Below are positions 1 through 9,325 of a stretch of DNA of 59,448 bases, in pieces (the first letter of the stretch is position 1; each line of letters begins with the position of its first letter). Source of the stretch: a virus; IMG/VR virus record IMGVR_UViG_3300045988_164453. One strand, written 5' to 3'. The notes under the pieces were generated by a model that saw nothing but the letters and a program-made list of their open reading frames with translations, searched no databases and was not told the origin of the DNA. The translations under genes were made by a program, and so were the position numbers.

Positions 1-55
1 CAGATAAAACTTATGATCTAAATAATGAACTCGATGAAGAGATGACTGAATTTAA
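1..55. repeat. Terminal overlap: nt 1-55 identical to nt 59394-59448 (circular closure or assembly overlap)
   Basis: cagataaaacttatgatctaaataatgaactcgatgaagagatgactgaatttaa is read at both ends. Joining the ends keeps the recombinase ORF in frame. Confidence 0.95.
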
Positions 56-1187
56 AGCGTTCTTTGCTCGTAGAGAATTAAAAATAATAACCAAAAGGAT
101 GCAAAGGGGCCGTATTAAATCAGTTGAAGAAGGCAAATTTATAGCTTCTACTGCCCCATATGGTTATAAGTTTGAATATGATAAAGAAGGTAAAAAATCA
201 CTTGTAATTGACGAAGAAAAAGCAGCTATTGTAAGAAATATATTTGACATGTATATAAATGGAAATGGTGCTTATAAGATAAAGGTATGGCTAGATAATA
301 TAGGTATTAAAACTAATACAGGTATCCCTTTTTCTCAACAAGCTATAGGGAGGATACTAAGGAATAATATATACTGTGGATATGTTACTTGGAATAATTA
401 CAGAAGAAAAGGTACTATAACTAAAAAGCAGCCAAAAGAAAATATAATTATAGCAAAAGGTATCCATGAACCTATTATATCAGAGGAAATTTGGAACAAA
501 GCTGATGAAATAAGACAAAACAATCAAATAGCTCCTTCTGGAAATAATAAAAATTTAACTAATCCATTAGCCGGTCTTGTAAAATGTGCTTGCTGCGGAC
601 ATACTATGACTAATAAATTATCAAATTATAAAGGCGAAGGATATGTCAAATTTATGTGTTGCAAGTCTTGCAATGAAAATCGTGGAGTAAAAATGTATGT
701 ATTAGAGGAGACTATACTCGAATATTTAGAAGATATATTACAAGAGTTTGAAAATCAAATATTATCCAATAAAGTAGAAAATAAAGAAAATGATAGAATT
801 GAAAATCTAAGATGTACTCTATCTTTATTGAAAAAAAAGGCAGTTGAATTAAATAAGCAAAAGAATAACTTACATGATCTACTAGAAAAAGGTGTATACG
901 ATGTTGATACTTATTTAGAACGTACTCAAGTGCTTTCTAAGAAAACAGATGAAAATAAAAATGCTATTGATAGTACATTGGAACTTATAGAAAGTGAAAA
1001 AAACATTAATATAAATTATAATGAATTAGCTATAAGTATAAAATTAGTACTTGAAAATTATAAAAAAACAGATGATATTAAACTTAAGAATTTTCTTTTG
1101 AAGAGTGTAATTGATGAAATTATTTATTTTAAAGAAAAAAACAAAAGGAACGCTAAGTTTGAATTAGATATAAAATTAAAAATATAA
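1..1187 (+). CDS. Large serine recombinase (integrase), C-terminal ~394 aa; continues from 59066..59393 across the junction (full protein 504 aa)
   Basis: The frame is open from nt 3 (DKTYDLNNELDEEMTEFK) and matches the frame at the window end. It has a recombinase domain, a Cys-rich zinc ribbon (CACCGH...CCKSC) and a long coiled coil. Stop at 1185-1187. Confidence 0.9.
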   Translation, partial: DKTYDLNNELDEEMTEFKAFFARRELKIITKRMQRGRIKSVEEGKFIASTAPYGYKFEYDKEGKKSLVIDEEKAAIVRNIFDMYINGNGAYKIKVWLDNIGIKTNTGIPFSQQAIGRILRNNIYCGYVTWNNYRRKGTITKKQPKENIIIAKGIHEPIISEEIWNKADEIRQNNQIAPSGNNKNLTNPLAGLVKCACCGHTMTNKLSNYKGEGYVKFMCCKSCNENRGVKMYVLEETILEYLEDILQEFENQILSNKVENKENDRIENLRCTLSLLKKKAVELNKQKNNLHDLLEKGVYDVDTYLERTQVLSKKTDENKNAIDSTLELIESEKNININYNELAISIKLVLENYKKTDDIKLKNFLLKSVIDEIIYFKEKNKRNAKFELDIKLKI

Positions 1188-1233
1188 ATGTCATCATCAT
1201 ACGGATTATTGAACATCTGTATGATGATGACAT
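1188..1233. other. Perfect 15-bp inverted repeat with 16-nt spacer immediately after the recombinase stop; candidate attP core
   Basis: atgtcatcatcatac (1188-1202) and gtatgatgatgacat (1219-1233). No U-run follows, and a separate canonical terminator lies at 1418-1452. Confidence 0.4.
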
Positions 1234-1417
1234 TAAGGAATAATATAGTATAAATGGATAATATTAAATTAAATGTTAAATATGTGTTAAATATGAAAGG
1301 ACATGCAATTTTTAACCAGTGATTTGCATACACTATATCAAGTGTATTTGATAAGTGAAACGTTCTAAACTTGTTTAGATATTTAATACACGGTTTATGA
1401 TATGGTTAGTGTCCTAG

Positions 1418-1452
1418 GGGAGTATATACGTAGAAGCATATACTCCCTTTTT
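1418..1452 (+). terminator. Intrinsic terminator downstream of the recombinase gene
   Basis: GGGAGTATAT / ATATACTCCC 10-bp stem followed by TTTTT. Confidence 0.7.
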
Positions 1453-1471
1453 ATATAATTTTACATAGATT

Positions 1472-1978
1472 TCAATTCCATGATTTGCTAAATTCCTTAT
1501 CTTTAAACAATGATGCTAATCCTGTTATTTGTTTTAATCTTAGTATTTCATCTAAATCCATTCCTATGTTTTTAGCTATCCAAGCATCTGACATTCCGCT
1601 TTCAACTAATTCTGATATTATATTTGACATTAATTCTATGTTATGTGTTCCTCTTGCTCTATTATGTCTTATTGTAGATGCCATCCTGCCTTGAATTGGT
1701 TTATCTATAATTGATACAGGTAAGCATCCATTTTCTCTGTCATAAATATCTTTGTGTGTTTTCATAATTGTATATCTATGATACCCATCAACAATTTCAT
1801 ATATGTCTTCTTCTTCAATATAATAACAAACTACAGGCATAGTATATCCATCTTCTTTTATTGATTGATATAGTAATTTCATTTCTGGCGGTGCTACTGC
1901 ATTAGGATTATAAGCATTTGCTCTTATTTTTTCAATAGGTATAGCTTTTATATCGTAAACTGGACTTTTATAACTCAT
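1472..1978 (-). CDS. ParB/sulfiredoxin-fold protein (IbrB/DndB-like, DGxHR motif)
   Basis: 168 aa; YNPNAVAPPE, IVDGYHRY and RHNRARGTH motifs; AGGAGG RBS; last gene of a tightly packed 6-gene operon. Confidence 0.75.
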   Translation of the reverse strand: MSYKSPVYDIKAIPIEKIRANAYNPNAVAPPEMKLLYQSIKEDGYTMPVVCYYIEEEDIYEIVDGYHRYTIMKTHKDIYDRENGCLPVSIIDKPIQGRMASTIRHNRARGTHNIELMSNIISELVESGMSDAWIAKNIGMDLDEILRLKQITGLASLFKDKEFSKSWN

Positions 1979-1989
1979 AATATTCCTCC

Positions 1990-3315
1990 TTATTTTCCTC
2001 TTATTATATTTTTATATTTTGCAATACTATCTTGTCTTTTTTTAGTTTCTTCCTTTGTTGGTGAAAATCCCATGTATTTGCATAAATGGTCATTTTTCAT
2101 TATGCAAATACACATTCTTTTATATGTTGGTATTAATTTAAATTCAGTAACATTTGTATCATCGAGATATTCATTAAATTTTATAACTTGTTTTGTTTTT
2201 GATCTATTACTTAACTTTCCAGTCTCTATTAATTCAACTCCTTCAATCTTTAACTCTTCTATTGTTTTTTCATCTAAAGCACCTCCAGTATTTTTCCAAA
2301 ATTTTTTAGATGTCTCTAATTTTTTTAAATAATTATTTTTAACTTCTTCTGGAAGAGTTTCTAATAAAAACTCCATATAGCTTTTCCATGTATGCCCTTT
2401 TGGTAATTTTATGCTCTTCCATCCCATAGCAGTAGTTCCTCCGTATATTCCAGCAAAATTTACTCCGTTTACTCTTCCAACTAATTTTGCCCATGTGTTA
2501 GGCTCTATAACTTTATATATTTTTAAACTGTTTACCGCGCAATCATTAAACGGGCTTGCAACTCTCATTTGTTCAATGCTTAATCCTGCTTGATAATATA
2601 GATCGTATAGTTTATTATATTTAAATCCAAATTTTACATTTGCAATCCATATATCTTCTGTTGTCCAATCGTAAATAGGATATGCTTTGAAGGTTAAGTA
2701 GTTATCTTTGTAGATGTTTATCCAGTGCTTATTGTCATATTTAAATTTTTTCATTCTATTATTTCTACTATTTACTGTTCTATACCTATTCATGCTTTCA
2801 TTACTTCTTATTCCTATTGCGACTGCTGTACTTCCATATTTACTAGAAAACCATTTTCCGAATTTATCTTGCAAATCATAATCAAGAGTATCTTTTTTAA
2901 ATTCAAAAGGCACATTGTCTTCATTAATTACATATTTATTTTCAGGCATTTTTCTTGCCCATATGTCAACCACGTCTTTGTCCCATGGGGTCCAATGATC
3001 TTGATGCATTGATACTGCGCATTGTGCAGCAATAGGTAAACATAACCAAAATTTTTTAATTCCTTGAAAATTATTTAAAAAACAATCTGTAACAAAATTA
3101 GTTGTATAATCATATTGAGCTTCATAATCTAAATGATACATAGACAATTTATGTAATTTATTATGTTTTTTAGCATAATCATAACATAAATTTAATAAAA
3201 CTCCACTGTCTTTTCCACCCGAAAATGCAACTAATACATTATCGAATTCATCAAACATATATTTAATTCTATCTATTGATGCTTCATATACATTTTGATT
3301 ATTATATACCTTCAA
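1990..3315 (-). CDS. PAPS-reductase / PP-loop ATP-pyrophosphatase family protein with long C-terminal extension (IbrA-like)
   Basis: 441 aa; PP-loop VAFSGGKDS near the N-terminus; TTG start 6 nt after AGGAGGG; overlaps the SNF2 gene by 14 nt. Confidence 0.75.
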   Translation of the reverse strand: MKVYNNQNVYEASIDRIKYMFDEFDNVLVAFSGGKDSGVLLNLCYDYAKKHNKLHKLSMYHLDYEAQYDYTTNFVTDCFLNNFQGIKKFWLCLPIAAQCAVSMHQDHWTPWDKDVVDIWARKMPENKYVINEDNVPFEFKKDTLDYDLQDKFGKWFSSKYGSTAVAIGIRSNESMNRYRTVNSRNNRMKKFKYDNKHWINIYKDNYLTFKAYPIYDWTTEDIWIANVKFGFKYNKLYDLYYQAGLSIEQMRVASPFNDCAVNSLKIYKVIEPNTWAKLVGRVNGVNFAGIYGGTTAMGWKSIKLPKGHTWKSYMEFLLETLPEEVKNNYLKKLETSKKFWKNTGGALDEKTIEELKIEGVELIETGKLSNRSKTKQVIKFNEYLDDTNVTEFKLIPTYKRMCICIMKNDHLCKYMGFSPTKEETKKRQDSIAKYKNIIRGK

Positions 3316-4819
3316 TTAAATCCCTCCTGTTGTTACCTTTAATTTTTTTAGTTACTTTCTTTCCAAAACTATTTTTAACTTTTATATATTCTGATTTTAT
3401 ATCTTCAAAATTATCTTTGTTATTATCTATTTCTCTTTTGAAAGCATTAACTAAGTTTTCTTTTTTCTTTAAACATTTTATTATTTTTTCATCAAGTGTA
3501 TAAGTAGCGCATATATCTATTATATGCACATTTTTATTTTGTCCTATTCTATGAACTCTGTCCTCACTTTGTGCTCTTGTTGCATAATCCCAATCATTGC
3601 TATAATAAATTATATAGCTACAAAATTGTAAGTTTAAACCATATCCTGCACATGATTTATTTGCAATTAAGAATTTTGATTCATTTTTGAATTTTTTTAA
3701 ATTTTTTTCCCGTTGTTTTATGTTAAGTTCTCCATAAAATTCAATCGCTGCATCTTTCCCATATTTATTATTAATAAGTGTTGCTATATTTTTTATTTCA
3801 TCGGTATATTTACAAAATATGATAGTTTTTTCTGCTATTGTATCAATTATTTCAATCAATTTTTGTATTCTTGGATTGCTTTCAATATTTCCAAAAAAAT
3901 TGACTTTGTTCATTCCAGTAACTTTTTTTACTTCTATTTTTTTATATTCACATTCATACATATCATATTGTTTTATTGTATCTATTTCATGATAAACATT
4001 GACTTTATAGCCAGATATTACATTTTGAAGTGCTGTAAACATTCTATAGATTGTATGAGGTTCTAATTCGTCAATATCGAACATTAAGTCATTTGCTACT
4101 TTTTCATAATGCTTGTATTGTTCTTTAGTTAAGTTGTAATATTTAGTAGAATATGATTTTTCAGGCAAATCTAAACATTCACTTTTTTTAACTTGATAAG
4201 AATAAGATGATATTTTTTTTGATAAATAATCAACATTCAAGCATCTATTAATCTTATTTGGAATATGTTCATCATATTCTATATGATTTCCTGCAAAACT
4301 CCAAAATGATTTATATCCTAAAACTCTCCAATCAAGAATATACCATTGAGCAAATAAATCAACTTCATTTCTTGATATTGGTGTTCCATTTAATATTAAT
4401 TTGTATTTGCAATATTCTGATAATCTTATAATATTTTTTGTTCTTTTTGCAAAAAAATTTTTAACTAAATTACTCTCGTCAACTATTAAATAACAATTCA
4501 TATCTTTTACTAATTCTAACAGTTCAGAATTCACCCTTATGCTACTTGATAATGTTTCTATGCCACAAATTGTAATTAAATCTTTGCATGTATCCCCTGC
4601 GTGCTTTATAATTTCCCTTTGTAGACTTTCTTTGACAGAGTAAGGACATAACCATAGAACATGATTAATTTTACCTTTTTCTAGTCTTATTTTGATTAAT
4701 TCAAGTGCAGTTCTTGTTTTTCCTGTGCCTTGTTCCATATATAATGCTCCGATTTTTATTTTTCTGAGCTTTTCAACACATTTTTTTTGATGTTCGTATA
4801 AATTTGTAAATAATTCCAA
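3302..4819 (-). CDS. SNF2-family helicase/ATPase
   Basis: 505 aa; motif I EQGTGKT, motif II DESN, motif III LNGTP, motif VI QSEDRVHRIGQ; TTG start after AAGGTG. Confidence 0.85.
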   Translation of the reverse strand: MELFTNLYEHQKKCVEKLRKIKIGALYMEQGTGKTRTALELIKIRLEKGKINHVLWLCPYSVKESLQREIIKHAGDTCKDLITICGIETLSSSIRVNSELLELVKDMNCYLIVDESNLVKNFFAKRTKNIIRLSEYCKYKLILNGTPISRNEVDLFAQWYILDWRVLGYKSFWSFAGNHIEYDEHIPNKINRCLNVDYLSKKISSYSYQVKKSECLDLPEKSYSTKYYNLTKEQYKHYEKVANDLMFDIDELEPHTIYRMFTALQNVISGYKVNVYHEIDTIKQYDMYECEYKKIEVKKVTGMNKVNFFGNIESNPRIQKLIEIIDTIAEKTIIFCKYTDEIKNIATLINNKYGKDAAIEFYGELNIKQREKNLKKFKNESKFLIANKSCAGYGLNLQFCSYIIYYSNDWDYATRAQSEDRVHRIGQNKNVHIIDICATYTLDEKIIKCLKKKENLVNAFKREIDNNKDNFEDIKSEYIKVKNSFGKKVTKKIKGNNRRDLIEGI

Positions 4820-4830
4820 TTTATCACCTT

Positions 4831-5349
4831 CTAATCTTCTTCTATCAAATCATCTATAATTTTATTTGTGTTTTTTATACCTACTATTTCAAGAAAATTA
4901 TCAAATAATAAATCTCCTTTTAAATATTGTTTAATTGATGATACTTTGAACATATCATTTTTATTACATATTTTAGTTAATTTACCTTTTAAAACTATAT
5001 AATATCCACTTTCTCCATATTTAATGTTATTATAAGCAATATCTAAAATTTCAAATTCTTTGCACGTATAATTCCCTTCAACGAGACATTCTTTATAATT
5101 ACCAAACGTATGTTCAAAATGTTTATATAAAAGTTTTATGCCATATTTACGATCATATTCACATCTTGCAACATATGGTTGATACTTAATCTCTCTAACA
5201 CTTCTAAAAAAGAACGTATATTCTTCACTTAATTTATCTATTTCTTTTTTAATATTTTTAATATTAATCATCCTATTGTCTATTTCAATCCTAATATCTT
5301 TTGATAATTGTTTAAGTTCTTCTGATGACATATTTTTAAAATCAAACAT
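4831..5349 (-). CDS. Hypothetical protein (172 aa), operon member
   Basis: ORF with AAGGGGA RBS, 1-nt gap to the upstream gene, no recognisable motif. Confidence 0.6.
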   Translation of the reverse strand: MFDFKNMSSEELKQLSKDIRIEIDNRMINIKNIKKEIDKLSEEYTFFFRSVREIKYQPYVARCEYDRKYGIKLLYKHFEHTFGNYKECLVEGNYTCKEFEILDIAYNNIKYGESGYYIVLKGKLTKICNKNDMFKVSSIKQYLKGDLLFDNFLEIVGIKNTNKIIDDLIEED

Positions 5350-5350
5350 A

Positions 5351-5776
5351 CTATTTCCCCTTTTCTATTACTATTTTATTATCTATTAATTTAATAATAA
5401 CATTTCTATCTTCTTCTGTTATACCTAATGATTTTACCCAAGATGTAGGAATAGTAACTCTATTTGTTATAGCATTGCCTCTTGCAGTGCCTCCGCTTTT
5501 TGCAAACTGCATTTTTGCTTTTCTTTGATTATACTTAGGAATAGCTAAAAATCCCCATTCAAACATATATCTCCTTCCTGCTCTATCATATTCGTAGTTT
5601 TCTACTTCTGGATATACATCTATATATTTACAAAGAAAATCATAATTTTCTTCTGAAAAATCATCAAATGAATAAGATTCAAAATTCATACCATTTTTTC
5701 TTAAAAATTCATTTACTTCTCTTAGTCCCTCAAAAAAGTTTGAATATTTTTTACCTAATCTATACCATTTATTCAT
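5351..5776 (-). CDS. Protein with C-terminal AbrB/SpoVT/MazE-like swapped-hairpin domain (141 aa)
   Basis: C-terminal RVTIPTSWVKSLGITEEDRNVIIKLIDNKIVIEK. ATG at 5776 follows GAGAGGTG; the track start at 5791 lies inside that RBS. Confidence 0.5.
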   Translation of the reverse strand: MNKWYRLGKKYSNFFEGLREVNEFLRKNGMNFESYSFDDFSEENYDFLCKYIDVYPEVENYEYDRAGRRYMFEWGFLAIPKYNQRKAKMQFAKSGGTARGNAITNRVTIPTSWVKSLGITEEDRNVIIKLIDNKIVIEKGK

Positions 5777-5794
5777 AATAACACCTCTCAAAAT

Positions 5795-6247
5795 TTACAT
5801 ATTTTCAAATTCCCTTACTAATGACCATATAAATTTAACTTGTTTTTTAGGTTCATATAACAAAGTATTTTCTATCATATAATCTTTTAAACCTCTGAAA
5901 TTTTCTATAAAGAACTTAGCTTCTTCTTGAACTAATATATTCTTTAATGATGCCTGAGCTATAACATACATATTATCATCTAGCCATGTAGATTTCGCCA
6001 TTTTATACATGTCAACACCTTCTATTGCTTTTTCAAATATTTCATTTACTTTTATAATTCTATTTCTTATGTCTTCTGCCCATTTAACTTGTTTTTCAGT
6101 CCCTTTAAGCTCTACCATTTCTTTACCTCCTTTTTGAGACAAGAAAGACAAACATAAACTTAATTGAGTCATATAATCAACATCTCCATATTTATTTACT
6201 ATTTCCCTTGTCATTTTATGAGCTTCTTTCATTAAATTTCTTTTCAT
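5795..6247 (-). CDS. Hypothetical protein (150 aa), first gene of the operon
   Basis: GGAGGTAAGG RBS; sits directly behind the promoter at 6280-6306. Confidence 0.6.
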   Translation of the reverse strand: MKRNLMKEAHKMTREIVNKYGDVDYMTQLSLCLSFLSQKGGKEMVELKGTEKQVKWAEDIRNRIIKVNEIFEKAIEGVDMYKMAKSTWLDDNMYVIAQASLKNILVQEEAKFFIENFRGLKDYMIENTLLYEPKKQVKFIWSLVREFENM

Positions 6248-6279
6248 CTTCCTTACCTCCTATATCTTTTATTAATTAT

Positions 6280-6306
6280 ATTATAGCACAATTCGAGTCG
6301 AATCAA
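6280..6306 (-). promoter_or_regulatory. Sigma-A-type promoter of the SNF2/PAPS-reductase/ParB operon
   Basis: Minus strand reads TTGATT-N15-TGCTATAAT (extended -10). Confidence 0.5.
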
Positions 6307-6344
6307 ACATGTTTTATTAAATTTATTTAAAAAAGTTTTCGACA

Positions 6345-6370
6345 TAAAAAGACTCCCTATGAAGGGAGTT
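6345..6370 (-). terminator. Intrinsic terminator ending the membrane-protein/ATPase operon
   Basis: Minus strand ACTCCCT-tcat-AGGGAGT followed by TTTTT. Confidence 0.7.
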
Positions 6371-6392
6371 GAGCTATAAAACTATTTAATGT

Positions 6393-8681
6393 CTAGTTCT
6401 TTATTTTTAATTCAGCAGGTAAATGAGTTATAAAAGCCTTCTTACCTTTAGATGTAGCAACTAAATTCAAACTATGCCATCTTTCTAAGTTCAAAAGGTC
6501 CTCTACTTCATAACCTTCTTTTTCAAAATCACTCCTAAAAGAACTGAATGCATTTTCATCTACTCCACTTATAAGCATATAACTAGCATTAGCATTTCTC
6601 ATGGCCCTTTGAGCATCTTGTGATAACTGTTGCAAGTAATGTAAAGTTAATACATACTTTAACCCAAATTTAGCACTTTGAACAAAATTTTTAGCTAATA
6701 TCTTTTGAGCACATGGAGTTTGAAATATTTCATCTATTAATACAGTTACTCTGTCAGGTAAATTATGCATAGTCCCTCTTATCTTTAATGCAGCCCATAT
6801 TTTTTGTAAGAAAAATGAAGTCAATATATCAATAGAAATATCATCATCAAAATCTTTATCTCTCATTCTTATAAGTATTACTTTGCGTTCTTCCATAGCT
6901 TTTACAAAATCTATATTGTTTTCTGGAGTCTTGCTTATCATTTCATCTATTATTATATTTTCTCTCATCAAGTCGATTCTATCTAAGATCCCCTCTATTT
7001 TTATTTCCTTAGTTCCAGTAACTTCACCCTTTTTATTTACTTCATCCAATTCATTTAGTGATAGTATACTATCTTTTAGTCTATCTTTTAATTCTTCACT
7101 TAATTTATTTATATATTTATATCTAATTTCATGGAATTGCAGTATATTTAATACATCCTTCATACATGAATTTGGAAAACAAAATGCAATTCTTGCAGCT
7201 GCTCCTAAATATTTTCGCATTTTTGGTGATAGTTCTTTATCATCTCCATTTATTATATTTACTATTTTTAATAAGTTATTAGTTTGTTTTCTTGATATAC
7301 TTGATATTTCATAAGCACTCATATCAGAAGTAATCTTAAATTCATTATAACAAAGGCTTTGTATCATTTTAGGATTAGAAAGATCTATATCTATCAATCT
7401 ATCTTTTGGAGTTATAGCTTTTATATTATTTGCCAACTCACAATCTTTGATAAAGTCTAATGCTATCAATCCTTCATTATTATCTATAATATTTTTACTT
7501 AGATTAATACTAAAAGTTGATTTACCACTTCTAGAAGCTCCTAATATTGCTAGTGGTAATGATTGTAGGTTTATATCATCACTTAGGAAAGCTTCTTGAT
7601 AAGTCTCTTTATATTTATTTATACCTAAGCTAATAATACCTTTTGTTAATTCTTTTGGTACTGGATTTTCTTTAGTTTCTTTATGAGTTATGTTTTTATA
7701 TTGATCTATTAATTCTGCCCCTGGTAAAGAAATAAAATTTGAACACTCTTCTGTACTAGTAGAATTTATCTTAACATTGTTAATTATATATCTATTTATA
7801 TCTGTATCTTTTTTTATTTTTGTATAAATTAATTCATTGTCTCCGTTAATTTTAGAAAAACTATTATAAATAGACTGGCATAATTGATTTTCTCTTGATT
7901 TTTCCTCTGAATGAGCTAAAATTAGAGTCTGATTTTTAAGTATTTCCTTTTGAAGCTTTCTTTGGGTGCTAGAAGAGGTTTCTTTTCCTAAAGGATAAAG
8001 TATAAGCTGACTATTTTGCTCTCCATTTAAAAGACAATTTAAAAGGGCATTTATCAAGTCTATTAAAAATTTTAGTGCTATTTTTGAATAATCCAATAAA
8101 TTTTTAGATTTCTTTAAGTTTTCTCCGTTTTTATATCTTTGTATAGTTTCACTACTCTTCTTTTTAAAGTAATTACTTTCTTTTTCTGACACAGGAATAA
8201 AATTATATAGTACTCCTATAAATTCATTTTCTTGTAAAATTTCTAATGTAGATAAATTGGCTGATAATAAATCATTATTTCTTCTATCGGTTTCCAAAGA
8301 TAATGCATCATCAAATTTGTAATATAATTGGTATTTACTACATGAATTAATATCTACTGGAATTGCATCTACAACTTTTATATCTACATTTTTCCATGTA
8401 TCGGAAAATTTACTTTTAAATTGATTCTGAAATATTTTAGGAATAATAAAATAAAAAGATATGTTTTCTTTAGATATGTGTATATAGTAAGAAGCTTTTA
8501 ATCTAGTTTCTATTATTAGCTTTTTATTTTCTTTATAGATAAGTTTATTAGTGCTTCTATACATACTATTAATAAGATGTGCTATTCCTATAGTTGTATT
8601 ATTTCTACTGCTTTTAGTTGGAATTAATTTAAATGTTACATATTCTTGTCTTTTAATTGAATAATAATCACTTAATTTCAT
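6393..8681 (-). CDS. FtsK/HerA/VirB4-superfamily P-loop ATPase (762 aa)
   Basis: Walker A GASRSGKST lies mid-protein, followed by a GLIALDF strand, Walker B VTVLIDEIF ~260 aa later, then TLHYLQQLS. ATG at 8681 follows AGGAGA and overlaps the upstream stop (ATGA). Confidence 0.7.
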   Translation of the reverse strand: MKLSDYYSIKRQEYVTFKLIPTKSSRNNTTIGIAHLINSMYRSTNKLIYKENKKLIIETRLKASYYIHISKENISFYFIIPKIFQNQFKSKFSDTWKNVDIKVVDAIPVDINSCSKYQLYYKFDDALSLETDRRNNDLLSANLSTLEILQENEFIGVLYNFIPVSEKESNYFKKKSSETIQRYKNGENLKKSKNLLDYSKIALKFLIDLINALLNCLLNGEQNSQLILYPLGKETSSSTQRKLQKEILKNQTLILAHSEEKSRENQLCQSIYNSFSKINGDNELIYTKIKKDTDINRYIINNVKINSTSTEECSNFISLPGAELIDQYKNITHKETKENPVPKELTKGIISLGINKYKETYQEAFLSDDINLQSLPLAILGASRSGKSTFSINLSKNIIDNNEGLIALDFIKDCELANNIKAITPKDRLIDIDLSNPKMIQSLCYNEFKITSDMSAYEISSISRKQTNNLLKIVNIINGDDKELSPKMRKYLGAAARIAFCFPNSCMKDVLNILQFHEIRYKYINKLSEELKDRLKDSILSLNELDEVNKKGEVTGTKEIKIEGILDRIDLMRENIIIDEMISKTPENNIDFVKAMEERKVILIRMRDKDFDDDISIDILTSFFLQKIWAALKIRGTMHNLPDRVTVLIDEIFQTPCAQKILAKNFVQSAKFGLKYVLTLHYLQQLSQDAQRAMRNANASYMLISGVDENAFSSFRSDFEKEGYEVEDLLNLERWHSLNLVATSKGKKAFITHLPAELKIKN

Positions 8682-8851
8682 AGTAGACACTCTCCTAATA
8701 TTGACAATACAAGATATACCCCTATAGCTATAGTTGGACCATGCTTACATTTATCTAAACCATAGGCATATAATATAAAGCTTACTAACCCACTGATTAA
8801 GCATAAGTTATATGAACATCCTAATATGCTAAAGATTATTTTAGATTTCAT
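8678..8851 (-). CDS. Small membrane protein (57 aa, two hydrophobic helices); below ORF-track cutoff
   Basis: MKSKIIFSILGCSYNLCLISGLVSFILYAYGLDKCKHGPTIAIGVYLVLSILGECLL; GGAGGTG RBS; stop overlaps the ATPase start. Confidence 0.6.
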   Translation of the reverse strand: MKSKIIFSILGCSYNLCLISGLVSFILYAYGLDKCKHGPTIAIGVYLVLSILGECLL

Positions 8852-8862
8852 AATATCACCTC

Positions 8863-9255
8863 CTAGAAATTAATCTTACTAAACATATTAAATAATGAAG
8901 GATATAGTTTAATTAATACATAAGTTAATAGATACTGCATTCCTGATGTTGTTGCCTCTTTAAAGCTTCCTCCAGCAATCATAGTAGATATTATCTCCTT
9001 CAGCCCTAGACCTAAAAATGAATACTTAGCTAATACTAACAACATATCTATTATTTGTTTAGCTGAATTATTTAAACTCACTTCAAAACTTTCTGCATAA
9101 ATTATATTATTATTTTTCATTAGCAAAGCTACTAATAATACTAATCTTGAATATACAACTTTATTTCTTTTGATATGATCTAAGAACTTTTCTATCATAT
9201 TCAAGTCCTCTTCTTCTAAATGTAAAAATTCCGAAAAAGTGTAATATTTTACCAT
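8863..9255 (-). CDS. Membrane protein (130 aa) with a signal-like helix and two further hydrophobic segments
   Basis: VVYSRLVLLVALLM..IIYA, then IIDMLLVLAKYSFLGLGL and YLLTYVLIKLYPSLF; AGGGGGA RBS. Confidence 0.65.
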   Translation of the reverse strand: MVKYYTFSEFLHLEEEDLNMIEKFLDHIKRNKVVYSRLVLLVALLMKNNNIIYAESFEVSLNNSAKQIIDMLLVLAKYSFLGLGLKEIISTMIAGGSFKEATTSGMQYLLTYVLIKLYPSLFNMFSKINF

Positions 9256-9296
9256 TATAAAATCCCCCTTATGAGAAATAATATTCTTAATCTTTT

Positions 9297-9325
9297 ATTT
9301 TATCGGAGGTAAGTGAATTGTTTAA
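9297..9325 (-). promoter_or_regulatory. Possible promoter of the membrane-protein/ATPase operon
   Basis: Minus strand TTAAAC-N17-TAAAAT. Confidence 0.35.

Noticed and set aside
1-55. Terminal repeat as att site or LTR
   Set aside because: The repeat lies inside the recombinase coding sequence and restores one continuous ORF when merged, so it is a circular-closure overlap rather than a recombination site.
1124-1333. 69-aa minus-strand ORF
   Set aside because: It overlaps the recombinase 3' end and the attP-like palindrome, has no RBS, and has shadow-ORF composition.
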